DNA of 64,000 bases from Pseudomonadota bacterium (GCA_043825875.1 JBDRRF010000103.1:101397-165396); one strand, 5' to 3'; positions 40,889 to 51,801 are shown, counted from the first letter of the stretch. Numbers and translations are program-made. Notes: generated by a model from the sequence alone, not told the origin.

Positions 40889-43800
40889 CTAAGTCAATTT
40901 TTCAGCAATAAATTCGTCAGCATCCAACAGGGCTTGACTTCTTAACCAGCATAGCCTCTCCCGCGGTTTCACAAAATAGGTTGTACGACCCTTATAAATC
41001 TTGAGGTTACGATTAAAATATATCCATTGGCCTTGTCTGCTTAGAAGATTCGATTTTAGCTCGTCAAAGGCAGCGTCAACACTGCGGGTTTCGATATCCA
41101 ATACTGTTACAGGACCTGCGGGAGTATTTTTTGGGTGTTCTATTTTTATAATAGCTACTTGCCTGTTATAATGCACCGTTATTCGATGCTGATCTTTAAT
41201 TTCAGCATCCAGAAAATTATCGAGCTCTGTCTTTAAAGCCTTTGCATATTTATTGATATCATCTTTATTGGCAGGTTTAGTAGCTTCTTTTGCAAGTCTA
41301 CCCTCATTCATCTCTTTACGAACAAACAAGAGATCCTCTATGAGCCATTTTTCGGTTTTAGTTATTCCGAGAAGGGAGTAAACTGCATCGTTTAATTTCT
41401 GCTTTAAATGTAAAGTATTTTGTTCTTTCTGATATCCATCAAACAAAGGGGATTCAGAATCTAAAAATCTATCCGATGTTGCTTTGGCCAGATCATCATA
41501 GAGTTGTGCCCAAAATATAATTTCGTCAGAAGACAGCATTTCAAGTGGAATCGGAAGATTTTCCAAATCACTTTTATCCGGTCTATCTCGTTCTATGCCC
41601 CAATATGTAGAAGTCAAAAACTGATGATACAATACAAAATCTGAATTCAAGTAAAGTGCCATCGCCTTGAGTAAATTCAATTGAGAAGGCTTTCCGGAAA
41701 TGCCTATTTGCCTTGGGGGAACAACTATAAATTCATTTGAAAACACGGCAAACTTTCTGGCAGCATGAACAATGATATGGGGAGGATAACATACTTGCAG
41801 TGGGATCTTCCCTCTTCCTTTTCTCACAAAAGCTCTATTCGATTCGATGGGCTTTAATGCATGGTTAGGAAATGCGTAGATTTCTTCAAGGCCCTTCAGG
41901 GCATTTATATCGAGTTCTTTTTTTCCTTCCACTTCTTTAAGATACTCTATTGGCTCCTTTTCTTGCTCATTGCGAAGTTCAAGCCCAGGGTGAATTTTTA
42001 AATCATGTTTTTCTTTAAATTTCAAAAGTGAAGGAAACTGTTTTGCTAATGAAAGTATAAGAAACCTATCCCGGTGAGATCCCCACATGGCGATTTTCCA
42101 TGGCAGGCTGTTCCCTGTTGCTACTTCGGCCCATGGAATTTCTTTTATTTCATTTGCGTTTACGAGAATTGTCCACAGCTTATTATGCTTATGCTTTTCT
42201 GGTTCAAAATGTGTTAATTGATTTACTGCAAACGGTGCGAAGGTTGTAATTTGTGAAAAAGTTTTGTCATTTTCATTCAGACGAGAATAGAAAAAAGCAG
42301 CAGCGGGATTAACAGCACCCTGAAATAGGTGATGTCTGAGATTGGCAAAATTTACGACACACCATACGCGTAAGGTGCTGAAAAACTTCTCTCTGAATTT
42401 TTTACCATTGGTTTTGAAAAGTGTTCCAGCGGGGAGTAGTAATCCGATTAGACCTTCAGTGGACAAATGTTGAGTTACCTCCCAAGCAAAGGCTTCCGCA
42501 ATTTGATTGCTGCTGACTGGAAAACGCCAATTATTTATTTTAATCCATTCTACAGCCGATTCATCGCCATTATCCAAGTCTCTGGAATTCAAATTTTTCC
42601 ATGGTGGATTTCCGACAATCCAATCATAACCTCTCATGGGCTTAGCTGTTTGCCAACTGGATTCAGATTCAAAAAAACCTTGATTGCAACAAAATATGTT
42701 CATGTCTCGTAGTGGGGGCAATTGAAACTTTTTGTACTCCGACTTTTCCAGATCCGGAGGGTCAACATAATCCAATAAGGTTAAAATTAGGCTCAGTTCT
42801 GTGACACCGCATGCATCTTCATCAACTTCCACTCCCCATATATGATCGATCAGGAGTTCCCGCAGGGTAAACGGAGAAAGCTTTTTATTTGGCAATTTCA
42901 TCGTTTCCCGTTCAATCAGTCTACGAAAACACTGAACAAGGAACGCCCCGGACCCACATGCTGGATCTAAAACTGTCATGCCCTTTTGAAGTGGTCGTTT
43001 AGTATCGAGTTCATCTAAAATAAAGTTTACCAAGTGAATAGGCGTGTAGAATGCACCTTGACCACGTCCTTTTCCCTCAGCATGCAGAAACTGCTGGTAA
43101 ACCATGGACAAGGTTTCTATAGGGATGTACTGAAAATCATATGCTTTGAAATCCAGATGCATCTGCCCATTCGGATCGTCTCCTAGAAAAGTACTTGCCA
43201 CCATTTTTATGTGTTCAGTAGAGGGTACGCCGGGTCCATTATCAGGAATTGGAAAAACAGTGCCGTTCAACCACTGATCAAGTTGATCAGTAACCGAATA
43301 AAACCCCTCTAAAGTGGCGTTTCGACCGAATACGGACTCTTCTTCAATTCCCCATTGTGATAATTTACGGTCCGATAGTATGTCCCGGTCTTTTAGATAA
43401 TGGAGATAGACATATTTTCCGATCAATGCATGGGCGGCATTTCGAGGCATATTATGTTCCTGCAGCCAAGTGCTGAGGCTTTTGAGGCTATTTAATAACT
43501 TGGTATCAACACGTTTCTCCGGAGTAACTTCTTCACCCCACTTGGACCACATTGCCCCGTTATTAATAGAAGTGGCTCTAAAATCAGACAGGTTTGACAA
43601 TACCGCATTTGCTGTCTTGGCAATTTCTAAAATGCTTTGGTCTTTGGCCATTCCCGTGCGGGTATCAAACTTGAAACCGGGGTATAAACGAAAACATTTT
43701 GGTGTTTCGACGATAAAGAAAGGGACAATGTTCTGATTCCATATCAGTTTATGAAATTTGGTTGCTTCTGCTTCTGAATTCGCTTTACAGACATAAACAA

Positions 43801-43996
43801 GAGGAAGGATGTTACGGCCTAAAGGAAGGTTTGCATCAGACCCCTTTAATGCGAAGACGCCTTCCAGACCACATTTTTCTTGAGCCAGGCGAAAGGAATG
43901 CGAATAGGCTGGATATTCATTAAAACTGGGACCAGTTATAAAATATGATGAGTTGGAATATTCAAGGTAATTTAGTAAGTCCTGGATATTCATCAC
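40889..43996 (-). CDS. Large gamma-class N6-adenine DNA methyltransferase (Type IIG/Eco57I-like) with C-terminal target-recognition region
   Basis: IPIETLSMVYQQFL, GAFYTP, VLDPACGSGAFL (motif I), IVGNPPW (motif IV); 1035 aa. Confidence 0.88.
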   Translation of the reverse strand: MMNIQDLLNYLEYSNSSYFITGPSFNEYPAYSHSFRLAQEKCGLEGVFALKGSDANLPLGRNILPLVYVCKANSEAEATKFHKLIWNQNIVPFFIVETPKCFRLYPGFKFDTRTGMAKDQSILEIAKTANAVLSNLSDFRATSINNGAMWSKWGEEVTPEKRVDTKLLNSLKSLSTWLQEHNMPRNAAHALIGKYVYLHYLKDRDILSDRKLSQWGIEEESVFGRNATLEGFYSVTDQLDQWLNGTVFPIPDNGPGVPSTEHIKMVASTFLGDDPNGQMHLDFKAYDFQYIPIETLSMVYQQFLHAEGKGRGQGAFYTPIHLVNFILDELDTKRPLQKGMTVLDPACGSGAFLVQCFRRLIERETMKLPNKKLSPFTLRELLIDHIWGVEVDEDACGVTELSLILTLLDYVDPPDLEKSEYKKFQLPPLRDMNIFCCNQGFFESESSWQTAKPMRGYDWIVGNPPWKNLNSRDLDNGDESAVEWIKINNWRFPVSSNQIAEAFAWEVTQHLSTEGLIGLLLPAGTLFKTNGKKFREKFFSTLRVWCVVNFANLRHHLFQGAVNPAAAFFYSRLNENDKTFSQITTFAPFAVNQLTHFEPEKHKHNKLWTILVNANEIKEIPWAEVATGNSLPWKIAMWGSHRDRFLILSLAKQFPSLLKFKEKHDLKIHPGLELRNEQEKEPIEYLKEVEGKKELDINALKGLEEIYAFPNHALKPIESNRAFVRKGRGKIPLQVCYPPHIIVHAARKFAVFSNEFIVVPPRQIGISGKPSQLNLLKAMALYLNSDFVLYHQFLTSTYWGIERDRPDKSDLENLPIPLEMLSSDEIIFWAQLYDDLAKATSDRFLDSESPLFDGYQKEQNTLHLKQKLNDAVYSLLGITKTEKWLIEDLLFVRKEMNEGRLAKEATKPANKDDINKYAKALKTELDNFLDAEIKDQHRITVHYNRQVAIIKIEHPKNTPAGPVTVLDIETRSVDAAFDELKSNLLSRQGQWIYFNRNLKIYKGRTTYFVKPRERLCWLRSQALLDADEFIAEKLT

Positions 43997-44236
43997 ATAG
44001 GTTCCTTTTTAGAGTTTCTGAACTTACTGTGTAATATTATTCTTTTTATGGCAATAATAATTGTGTGTCAAGAACATAGTGGGCACAATATATTGATGCA
44101 GATTGCTAAAGGCGATATTTTGAGAAGATCAGGATGCCATTGACAAATTGGACCATTAATCTTTTGACAGTGCATTTAGTGGATACGATTATACTTTGAC
44201 GTGTTTGTTACTCTGAGCCATTTATTTTGCGGTGTA

Positions 44237-45040
44237 TTATTTCTTTACAATTCTTATTTTGGCACCTTTTTTTGCGTTTAAATATTGTTCGGCACTTCCC
44301 TGATTTATTGCAATCTCAAGAAATCCGCGGCTTCCTATTATAGCAAGAGGGTTTTTTTCTCCGGCATTCGCATAACTTGAAGATAAATATTCTATTTTAT
44401 TTTTTCCGATAATTATCTGAAAATCTTTTTTATTTAGATTTGAACTAAATTCATTCAGTGTTTTTGAGTCGATATTTGTTACAAGATTTCCAAAACGATC
44501 AATTGATACAATCTCGCCTACAAGCTCTTGGCTGTCTGACATTTCAGGTTTTGGTATTTTAACGGTAACGACTGTATTCTTATCTATTGGTGTGCCGAGT
44601 TCTTCAATGCTTTTTTCTTTGGATAATTGAGCTGCAATCGGCGCAAAAATATCACGACCGTGAAAAGTATTGCTTAAAGGTTTTAAAAACCATTCATTTT
44701 TGTCCAGCTTTACAATTTTACAGATCTTCTCTTCTTCCAGCAAAAGCGTTAAAACGCCATTATCAGGAGCTATAAAATAGTGGCCATTAACTTCTGCGGC
44801 AAGAATAGCCCTGTTGCTGCCAACACCGGGATCAACCACAACAACATGTATTGATCCTTCTGGAAAATATTTATAATAATAGTTCGTAAGGTATGCAGCG
44901 TTGACTATATCATGAGGAAGAATCAAATGGCTGATGTCAACAATGGAAGCAGAAGGGTTTATGGAAAGAATAACTCCCTTCATTATGCCCACATATTCGT
45001 CTTTGATACCAAAATCTGTAAGAAGAGTTATAACCGGCAT
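44237..45040 (-). CDS. SAM hydroxide adenosyltransferase (DUF62; chlorinase/fluorinase family)
   Basis: ITLLTDFG, VVDPGVGS, PDNG, TFHGRDIFAP, DRFGN. Confidence 0.93.
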   Translation of the reverse strand: MPVITLLTDFGIKDEYVGIMKGVILSINPSASIVDISHLILPHDIVNAAYLTNYYYKYFPEGSIHVVVVDPGVGSNRAILAAEVNGHYFIAPDNGVLTLLLEEEKICKIVKLDKNEWFLKPLSNTFHGRDIFAPIAAQLSKEKSIEELGTPIDKNTVVTVKIPKPEMSDSQELVGEIVSIDRFGNLVTNIDSKTLNEFSSNLNKKDFQIIIGKNKIEYLSSSYANAGEKNPLAIIGSRGFLEIAINQGSAEQYLNAKKGAKIRIVKK

Positions 45041-45049
45041 GATTATTTA

Positions 45050-46075
45050 TTACAGCTTTTTATATAAATGTTGATATGCTTCTTCAGATGCTTTTCTGCC
45101 GGAAGAGGTTCTCATAATAAAACCTATTTTTAAAAGAAAAGGCTCTACAACATCCACAAGAGTATCCGATTCTTCCTGAAGGGTGGCTGCAATCGCCTCA
45201 ACTCCTACAGGCCCGCCGTTATAATACTCTATCACTGTTTTAAGGTAACGGCAGTCAAGACTTGTAAGTCCTTTTTCATCAACGCCCTCAAGAGCAAGAG
45301 CTTCATGTACCGTTTTTTTTGTAATTACACCGTCTCCTCTTACCTGCGCATAATCTCTTACACGCTTTAGTAATCTATTGACAATTCTCGGTGTACCCCT
45401 TGACCGCCGCGAAAGCTCTAATGCGGCATCTTCTTTGATTTTAACTTTAAGCAAATTTGCTGAGCGTGAAACAATTATCATAAGATCTGCTTCAGTATAA
45501 AAATCCAGCGTTCTGAATATGCCAAAACGGTCTCTTAAGGGTGATGAAAGCAAGCCCACTCTTGTTGTAGCTCCAACCATTACAAAATGCTTTAAGCGGT
45601 ATTTGTGGCTGCGCGCATTCACTCCTTTGTCGAATACAAAATCTATGGCGAAATCTTCCATTGCAGGATACATGAATTCTTCAACCACTTTAGGAATCCG
45701 GTGAATCTCGTCTATAAAAAGGATATCGCCTTCTTCAAGATGAGTAAGAATCCCTACAAGATCTCCTCCCTTTTCAAGAGCCGGCCCTGATGTAACAGTA
45801 AGATTACCGCCCGTCTCATTTGCAATAATATGGGCAAGAGTTGTTTTGCCAAGACCAGGCGGGCCATGTAAAAGAACATGATCAATAGGCTCTCCGCGCT
45901 GTTGCGCTGCTTCAATTGCTATTTTAAGCGTTTCAACAACCTCGCTCTGGCCTATATAATCAGACATACATGACGGGCGCAGGGAAAGTATTTCAGGTTC
46001 TGTGTCAACAGAAAGGCAGGAACCGGAAAGTATTTCATTATCTTCCGAAGAATGTGTCAGAATATCATCGCTCAT
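45050..46075 (-). CDS. ruvB: Holliday junction branch migration helicase RuvB
   Basis: [30 protein letters not shown]. Confidence 0.97.
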   Translation of the reverse strand: MSDDILTHSSEDNEILSGSCLSVDTEPEILSLRPSCMSDYIGQSEVVETLKIAIEAAQQRGEPIDHVLLHGPPGLGKTTLAHIIANETGGNLTVTSGPALEKGGDLVGILTHLEEGDILFIDEIHRIPKVVEEFMYPAMEDFAIDFVFDKGVNARSHKYRLKHFVMVGATTRVGLLSSPLRDRFGIFRTLDFYTEADLMIIVSRSANLLKVKIKEDAALELSRRSRGTPRIVNRLLKRVRDYAQVRGDGVITKKTVHEALALEGVDEKGLTSLDCRYLKTVIEYYNGGPVGVEAIAATLQEESDTLVDVVEPFLLKIGFIMRTSSGRKASEEAYQHLYKKL

Positions 46076-46695
46076 CAGGCTCTTTCTCCACGATATACTT
46101 CTTCAAGGAGATCCTCAGGGCTTGTTATAAATTTGTTTCTTTTCAAAGCTTGCACAACCATCGTCTTTGCTTCGCCAGGTTTATAACCAAGCTGGGAAAC
46201 AAGAAGATCAATGACTGTTTGTCCAAAATCTTCCGAAACAGAATCATCATCATATGGTTGCTCCGATTTTCTTATCAGGGCGAACTTGTTTAACTTTCCT
46301 TCAAGCGTTGCTATAATTTTTTGGGCTGTTCTGTTTCCGATTCCTTTAAGCTGCTTTAGTGTTGCAGCATCTTTTGATTCTATAGCTCTTGAAATATCAC
46401 GTACGGGCATGGTAAGAGCTTTTACAGCTTTTAACGGTCCTATATCTTCAACAGAAATGAAATATTGAAAAAATTCCTTTTCGATTTCAAGATTAAACCC
46501 TATCAATACGGGTTTTGGCTGCTTTTCCGATTGATGATAATAAATATATAGAGTTATTTCGTCTCCAACTGACCTTGTATTTAGAGTCTCCATTACAATC
46601 GCCGGAAGCAGTATTTCGTATCCTATATGATTTACGAGCAAAAGTATGCGCTCGCTTTCTTTTTTTAATAATTTCCCTTCTAAGTATCCTATCAC
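46075..46695 (-). CDS. ruvA: Holliday junction branch migration protein RuvA
   Basis: MIGYLEG, HhH motifs IGPLKA and GIGNRTA; operon context. Confidence 0.93.
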   Translation of the reverse strand: MIGYLEGKLLKKESERILLLVNHIGYEILLPAIVMETLNTRSVGDEITLYIYYHQSEKQPKPVLIGFNLEIEKEFFQYFISVEDIGPLKAVKALTMPVRDISRAIESKDAATLKQLKGIGNRTAQKIIATLEGKLNKFALIRKSEQPYDDDSVSEDFGQTVIDLLVSQLGYKPGEAKTMVVQALKRNKFITSPEDLLEEVYRGERA

Positions 46696-46731
46696 TAAAT
46701 TCTTCTCCGAAAGAGTTTTAAATATAAAGCT

Positions 46732-47220
46732 TTACCTGTTGTTATTATTATAACGGAAAAGACCTAATAGAGCCAGTGCAATTGCATCGGAAGCATGAAA
46801 GGGCCTAATGGGGGTATTTAACTTCAATAAATTCCTCACGGTAAGCTCAAGCTGTTGCTTATTTGCATTACCATTACCTGTTAAAACATGCTTGACTTCC
46901 CGCACAGCAACCTCGGTTGCCGGTATGCCGGCATGGCATGCCGACAGAAGAATAACACCTGTAACCTTGCCAAGGCTTATCCCTGATTTAGGATAGGCAT
47001 CAAGGGAAAATACATCTTCTAATACCATTAGATCAGGCTTTTCATCTTTTAGAAGTGAAAGAACTTTTGAAAAAATATGGTTAAGACGCTCGGGAAGAGC
47101 CTGATTTTTTGACGTGTTTATACTTCCGAAAGAATATCTTTGGATTTTAAGCCCTGTCCCACAGATAATTCCCACACCCGTTGAAGCCAGGCCAGGATCT
47201 ATACCGATGACCTTTATCAT
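46732..47220 (-). CDS. ruvC: Crossover junction endodeoxyribonuclease RuvC
   Basis: IGIDPG, LEDVF, TGNGNANK, HASDAIA. Confidence 0.93.
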   Translation of the reverse strand: MIKVIGIDPGLASTGVGIICGTGLKIQRYSFGSINTSKNQALPERLNHIFSKVLSLLKDEKPDLMVLEDVFSLDAYPKSGISLGKVTGVILLSACHAGIPATEVAVREVKHVLTGNGNANKQQLELTVRNLLKLNTPIRPFHASDAIALALLGLFRYNNNNR

Positions 47221-47258
47221 CTTTTGCTCTTTAAGGATTAAAAACCAAAATTATTATT

Positions 47259-48293
47259 TTAAAATCCTTTCAGCTTGCTTGCGGCTATCCTGGCTTCATT
47301 TGAATCCGGATACTTTTCTTTAAGTTCGTTCAAAATAAGCCTTGAATTTTTTTTGTCACCAAGATTGTAAAAGGAAAGCCCCTGTTTTAACAATGAAGCC
47401 TTCATTTTATTACCTTTTGGATACTTTTCTATAACTTTTTGATATTCAATAATGGCTTTTTCATACCATTTTTCCTGATAATAGCTTTCACCGATCCAGA
47501 ACTGGCAATTATCCGCTTTATCGGAGTTCGGATATGTTTTCAGCATTTCCTGCAATTGCTCACGGGCTGCTGCATATTTCTCCTTGTCATACAACTTAAG
47601 GGCGGAAGCATACATCCCGTTTTCAGGAATTTCCTGCTTTGTGTTCGCCGGTATGCCGGTCTGCCCGGAAGGTGCCGTTTTTTCTTTTCCTTCTAAACTC
47701 AAATATTGTTCAACCTGCTTAAGCTTGTTAGCATATGCTTCCGTAGTCTGTTCAACCTTGGCAAGTCTGCTCTCAGATATTTTAGCGGTTTCTTCGAGCT
47801 CATTTAGTTTTTGGTTTAAAAGGTGCTCAAGCACCTCTACTCTTCCATTTAACATCTGGATTTCTTCAGTATGCCTTTCGATATCGGCATATTGTTCGGC
47901 TGTTCGTCCTCTGATTTTATTTTCTTTTTCGGATTCGATATCTTTAATCTCTTCCGTTTTCTTTTTTAGTCCATCCGTTTTGGAGCTAAGCTGGGAAGTC
48001 TGGTTTTCTAAAGTTACAACTCGCAGCCTTAGTTGTCCTACACGGTTATCAAGCGTTAGAACGTCTTTATGCAAAGCACAGCCAAAATTATAAAATCCAA
48101 GCAGAACAAGAACAATAACCAATTTCAAAATATGGCGGTTCCCTTTGCCGGTACATGGGAAAAAAGTAATTATTCGAGGAATCAAGGAATTTTTTCCTAA
48201 TGGCCCTAAATGATTTATTGAGGCTTTTAGCATCCTATAGATCTCCCTAAAACTTTTTGAAATTAAGACAAAGAATCTATGAATCTTAAACAC
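47259..48293 (-). CDS. cpoB: Tol-Pal system protein CpoB/YbgF (true start probably later, near 48130-48230)
   Basis: Lipobox-like NFGC, coiled coil, TPR (YPNSDKADNCQFWIGESYY); downstream of pal. Confidence 0.88.
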   Translation of the reverse strand: MFKIHRFFVLISKSFREIYRMLKASINHLGPLGKNSLIPRIITFFPCTGKGNRHILKLVIVLVLLGFYNFGCALHKDVLTLDNRVGQLRLRVVTLENQTSQLSSKTDGLKKKTEEIKDIESEKENKIRGRTAEQYADIERHTEEIQMLNGRVEVLEHLLNQKLNELEETAKISESRLAKVEQTTEAYANKLKQVEQYLSLEGKEKTAPSGQTGIPANTKQEIPENGMYASALKLYDKEKYAAAREQLQEMLKTYPNSDKADNCQFWIGESYYQEKWYEKAIIEYQKVIEKYPKGNKMKASLLKQGLSFYNLGDKKNSRLILNELKEKYPDSNEARIAASKLKGF

Positions 48294-48319
48294 TTTATTA
48301 TTATAAAGTGTTTAAGATT
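48282..48319. terminator. Perfect 17-bp-stem hairpin between pal and cpoB
   Basis: AATCTTAAACACTTTAT-TATT-ATAAAGTGTTTAAGATT. Confidence 0.5.
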
Positions 48320-48451
48320 TTTTGCGAATCTAATTAAGCGGATTGCATCCGCATGTTGCGTAACACACCATACCATGTAACAAGCGGATGCTTATGTCAA
48401 AATCCGTTCATAATACTTTTGGTATAAAGCCCGGATACAAAAATCCCATTC

Positions 48452-49060
48452 TTAATTTATAACAAAATGGGCTCTTCTGTTCTTTGACCAGGCTTCTTCA
48501 TTTTGACCAGGATCAAGCGGTTTTTCTTCTCCGTAGCTGATTATATTCAAACGTGAGGGAGCTACTCCAAGATTGATAAGGTAATTCGCTGCGGTTCTGG
48601 CGCGTCTTTCCCCAAGAGCAAGGTTATACTCGTTGGTTCCGCGGTCATCACAATGCCCTTCAATAGTCACAGAAATACTTGCACATTGCTTCCCAAGATA
48701 ATCAGCTTTCGTTTTGAGAATTTCCTGAGCGGTTTCCGTGAGAGCTGCGCTATCATAGTCAAAAAGCACATCTTCATTAACAAGACTCTGCATTGCTTCA
48801 GCTTTTTCCATTGCCATCATTTCTTCCGCACTTGGCCCGGTGGGTTCTTGAACGGATTGGTCAGCCGGGAGAGATTCAGAATCCACATCAGACACAGAAG
48901 AGTCAGCGGCAGAAGCGGAAGCAGCAGAGTCCATGTCAGCTTGTGCATCCTGAACGTCCTCAACATCAGCCTTCACGGTCTGTTTCCCACAGGAAGTGAA
49001 AAGCAATAGACCCGGAATTACAAGTAAGAGAGAGAAAACAATCAACATTTTTTTCTTCAT
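48452..49060 (-). CDS. pal: Peptidoglycan-associated lipoprotein
   Basis: Lipobox FTSC, FDYD, IEGHCDDRGTNEYNLALGERRA, SYGEE, KNRR. Confidence 0.96.
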   Translation of the reverse strand: MKKKMLIVFSLLLVIPGLLLFTSCGKQTVKADVEDVQDAQADMDSAASASAADSSVSDVDSESLPADQSVQEPTGPSAEEMMAMEKAEAMQSLVNEDVLFDYDSAALTETAQEILKTKADYLGKQCASISVTIEGHCDDRGTNEYNLALGERRARTAANYLINLGVAPSRLNIISYGEEKPLDPGQNEEAWSKNRRAHFVIN

Positions 49061-49085
49061 TTTAAACCTCCTTTATATATTACTG

Positions 49086-50435
49086 TTATTTGTTAACAAG
49101 CCTGGGTGACCATTTTGGGTTTGACTGTTCACCGGATATGGCAAACAAACGCCTTTGATCTGTTCCGTAAGAAGTCATCACATAAATTCTCGAAGGCCCC
49201 TCTCGAGTTGAACTGAATACAATAAGGCTTCCATCCGGAGACCATGAAGGTGATTCGTTATTACCTGTGTCTTGCGTTAATTGTACAGGATCTTTTCCAT
49301 CAAGTCCAATTATAAAGATATTATGGCTTCCTCCATTTAATCCGGAATATGCTATTTTGTCGCCCTTGGGCGACCAGCACGGCTGAGTATTATAGTTACC
49401 ATTAAATGTCAATCTTTTCTCATATCCGGTATAAAGGTCTTTTATATATATCTGGGGTGTTCCTGATCTGCTCGATACAAAAGCCATCTTCTTGCCGTCT
49501 GGCGATAATGCGGGAGATACATCACTTCCGGAACTTTTTGTCAACTTTTTAATTATTTTCCCGGTTCCTGTCATTAGATAAATATCCTGATCTCCTGTAT
49601 AGGAAAGTGTTGCAGCAAGTGCAAATTTTCCGGGTATCCATGCAGGTGTAATATTTATTCCTTTTTTAGATATAACAGAAGTTTTATTATTATTGATGTT
49701 TTTTATATAAATATCAGGATTCCCTTTTAAATAAGAGGTATATGCAAGCCATTTTCCGTCCGATGACCAGGCTGGAAAAAGAGTAATTGATTTGTTTTTA
49801 GTAAATTGTCTTATATTTGTTCCGTCAAAATCGCAAAAATATATTTCTTTGTTTCCCGAACCTGTTGAAACAAATGCAATGCGTGTATCAAAAACTCCTT
49901 TGTTTCCGGTAAGATAAAAAACTATCTCGCTTGCAAAAAGGCGTATTACACGCCTTAAATCTTTACTGCTTGCCTTGTATTTTTTTCCTATAAGCTGGCT
50001 GGCTTTAATTGTATCAAACAACCTTAATTCTATCTCAAGGTCATCACCTTTTACAAAAATCTTGCCGGTAACAAGAAGCTCCGCTCCAACAGTAGACCAG
50101 TTACGAAAATTTATATTTTGCAAAGTTGTTTCAGGCCTTAATGGATTTTCAAGAAAGCTTTCCCTGTTAAGAATTTTGAAATAACAGGTAAAATCGAGCG
50201 TTTCTGCAAGCATATCTGAAGCATTTTTTGACAATAACATATCATTGCTATTAAATGTTCCTGTCCCTGATTTAAACAAAGGTATGGCAATTGGTATTTT
50301 TCTTATAGACGGACTGTTAATATCGATGTAATCATATGCCCCAAAGCTAATTTCTGTCATTGCTAATACAGCAGCAATAATAACTATAAAAAAACGAAAA
50401 TATCTCATCAAATTTTCCTTTAAAATTTTCAGCAT
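49086..50435 (-). CDS. tolB: Tol-Pal system beta-propeller protein TolB
   Basis: TolB N-terminal domain plus PD40 repeats (PAWSSDG, PSWSPDG). Confidence 0.95.
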   Translation of the reverse strand: MLKILKENLMRYFRFFIVIIAAVLAMTEISFGAYDYIDINSPSIRKIPIAIPLFKSGTGTFNSNDMLLSKNASDMLAETLDFTCYFKILNRESFLENPLRPETTLQNINFRNWSTVGAELLVTGKIFVKGDDLEIELRLFDTIKASQLIGKKYKASSKDLRRVIRLFASEIVFYLTGNKGVFDTRIAFVSTGSGNKEIYFCDFDGTNIRQFTKNKSITLFPAWSSDGKWLAYTSYLKGNPDIYIKNINNNKTSVISKKGINITPAWIPGKFALAATLSYTGDQDIYLMTGTGKIIKKLTKSSGSDVSPALSPDGKKMAFVSSRSGTPQIYIKDLYTGYEKRLTFNGNYNTQPCWSPKGDKIAYSGLNGGSHNIFIIGLDGKDPVQLTQDTGNNESPSWSPDGSLIVFSSTREGPSRIYVMTSYGTDQRRLFAISGEQSNPKWSPRLVNK

Positions 50436-50443
50436 TATATCGT

Positions 50444-51370
50444 TTAATTCCGCTTAAGTCCACTGGTTCCGAAACGAAGGCCAACTTCATAATATGGCCT
50501 ACTGTAGCCTTCGGGAAGAGGAGGGAGAGGATTGGATTTTTGGATAGCTCTATATGCAGACTCATCAAGATAGCGGTTTTTTGATCTGCTTTCAAACCGT
50601 ATATCGCTGATTTCGCCATTACGCATTATTTTTATTACAAGAACAGCCATTTCATCTAAACCTCTGCCTCCTATCTGCTCGGAATATGCCCAGTTTTGCT
50701 GAATTGTATAAAAAATTTCTGCTTTATATATATCAAATATACCTATTGGCAGGTTACTGCCACCGCTACCACCGGAGATGCCTGGTATTGCTCCTTTTAT
50801 TGCACCTGTCTGGCTACCAGACCCCTTAACCTGATCGGCGCTATCGATCTGATTTCTTATTTTGCTTATCGCTGCATTCACTGATGCCGACCTTGATCCC
50901 TCAACCTTTTTTTCCATATCTTTTACGGCATTTTTTATCAACTCGGTAGAGTCAACTTTCTTTTTTGGTGATGTCTTAGGTTTCAATGATATGGCTTTCG
51001 ATACTTTTTTTACAGGCTTTTCCTGGACCTTTTTTACAGCTTTAACTGCCGGTTTTGAAATTTCTTTAGGTTTTTCAACTTTTGCCGGAACTTGCTTTAC
51101 AACTTTTTTTTCAACTATAGCCGCACTCTTTTTTGCAGCCGGTTTTCCGGCAGGAGGCCCTGGACGGCCAGCCGGAAGTGAAACAAGGCTGACATTTATT
51201 GCCGAAGGAAAGGGATTAAACATTGGCCTGCTATATCCGGGAAGAAAAAATAAAACTCCTATTAAAACAGCATGACACGCAAAGGAAACACCAAAGGTTA
51301 AAGCAACTGTTTTTTGAGGTATGCCGTTTTTTCCGTTAAAATATCCGGAGAATTGAAAACCTTCTTGCAT
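50444..51370 (-). CDS. tolA: TolA/TonB-family protein
   Basis: TM helix with SxxxH motif, Lys/Pro-rich linker, C-terminal LDESAYRAI domain. Confidence 0.85.
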   Translation of the reverse strand: MQEGFQFSGYFNGKNGIPQKTVALTFGVSFACHAVLIGVLFFLPGYSRPMFNPFPSAINVSLVSLPAGRPGPPAGKPAAKKSAAIVEKKVVKQVPAKVEKPKEISKPAVKAVKKVQEKPVKKVSKAISLKPKTSPKKKVDSTELIKNAVKDMEKKVEGSRSASVNAAISKIRNQIDSADQVKGSGSQTGAIKGAIPGISGGSGGSNLPIGIFDIYKAEIFYTIQQNWAYSEQIGGRGLDEMAVLVIKIMRNGEISDIRFESRSKNRYLDESAYRAIQKSNPLPPLPEGYSRPYYEVGLRFGTSGLKRN

Positions 51371-51375
51371 GCCTG

Positions 51376-51801
51376 TTATTTTTTCCGATTTGTTTTGCTT
51401 TCGATAGGCTCTGTAACCATACCGAGCTTTTCCACACCAGCTTCCTTTATCTCAGACATAAGAGTAACAACCGCACCGTATGAGATATTTTTATCTGCTC
51501 TAAGATATACTTCCTGGCCGGAATGGCCCTCGAGAATTTTTTTTATTTTTACCTGAAGCTGCTCAGGAGCAACTTTGTAATCATTTATATATATATTGCC
51601 ACCTTTATCGAGAGTTATTAAAAGATGCTCTTTTTCCGAAACAAGAGGCTTAGTTGTTGCTTCGGGAAGGGAAACATTTACGCCTTGGACCATCATAGGT
51701 GCAGTTGCCATGAAAATAATCAAAAGAACCAGCATAACATCCACAAAAGGAGTAACATTTATATCGGAAATAATGCTATCTTTATCTCCTCCTGCCATCA
51801 T
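51376..51801 (-). CDS. tolR: TolR
   Basis: INVTPFVDVMLVLLIIFM, LRAD. Confidence 0.93.
   Translation of the reverse strand: MMAGGDKDSIISDINVTPFVDVMLVLLIIFMATAPMMVQGVNVSLPEATTKPLVSEKEHLLITLDKGGNIYINDYKVAPEQLQVKIKKILEGHSGQEVYLRADKNISYGAVVTLMSEIKEAGVEKLGMVTEPIESKTNRKK

Noticed and set aside
44237..45040. SAM hydrolase next to the DNA methyltransferase as part of the defence module
   Set aside because: It is tightly linked to ruvB (9-bp gap) and separated from the MTase by about 240 bp with a promoter candidate; the adjacency is probably an insertion-site coincidence.
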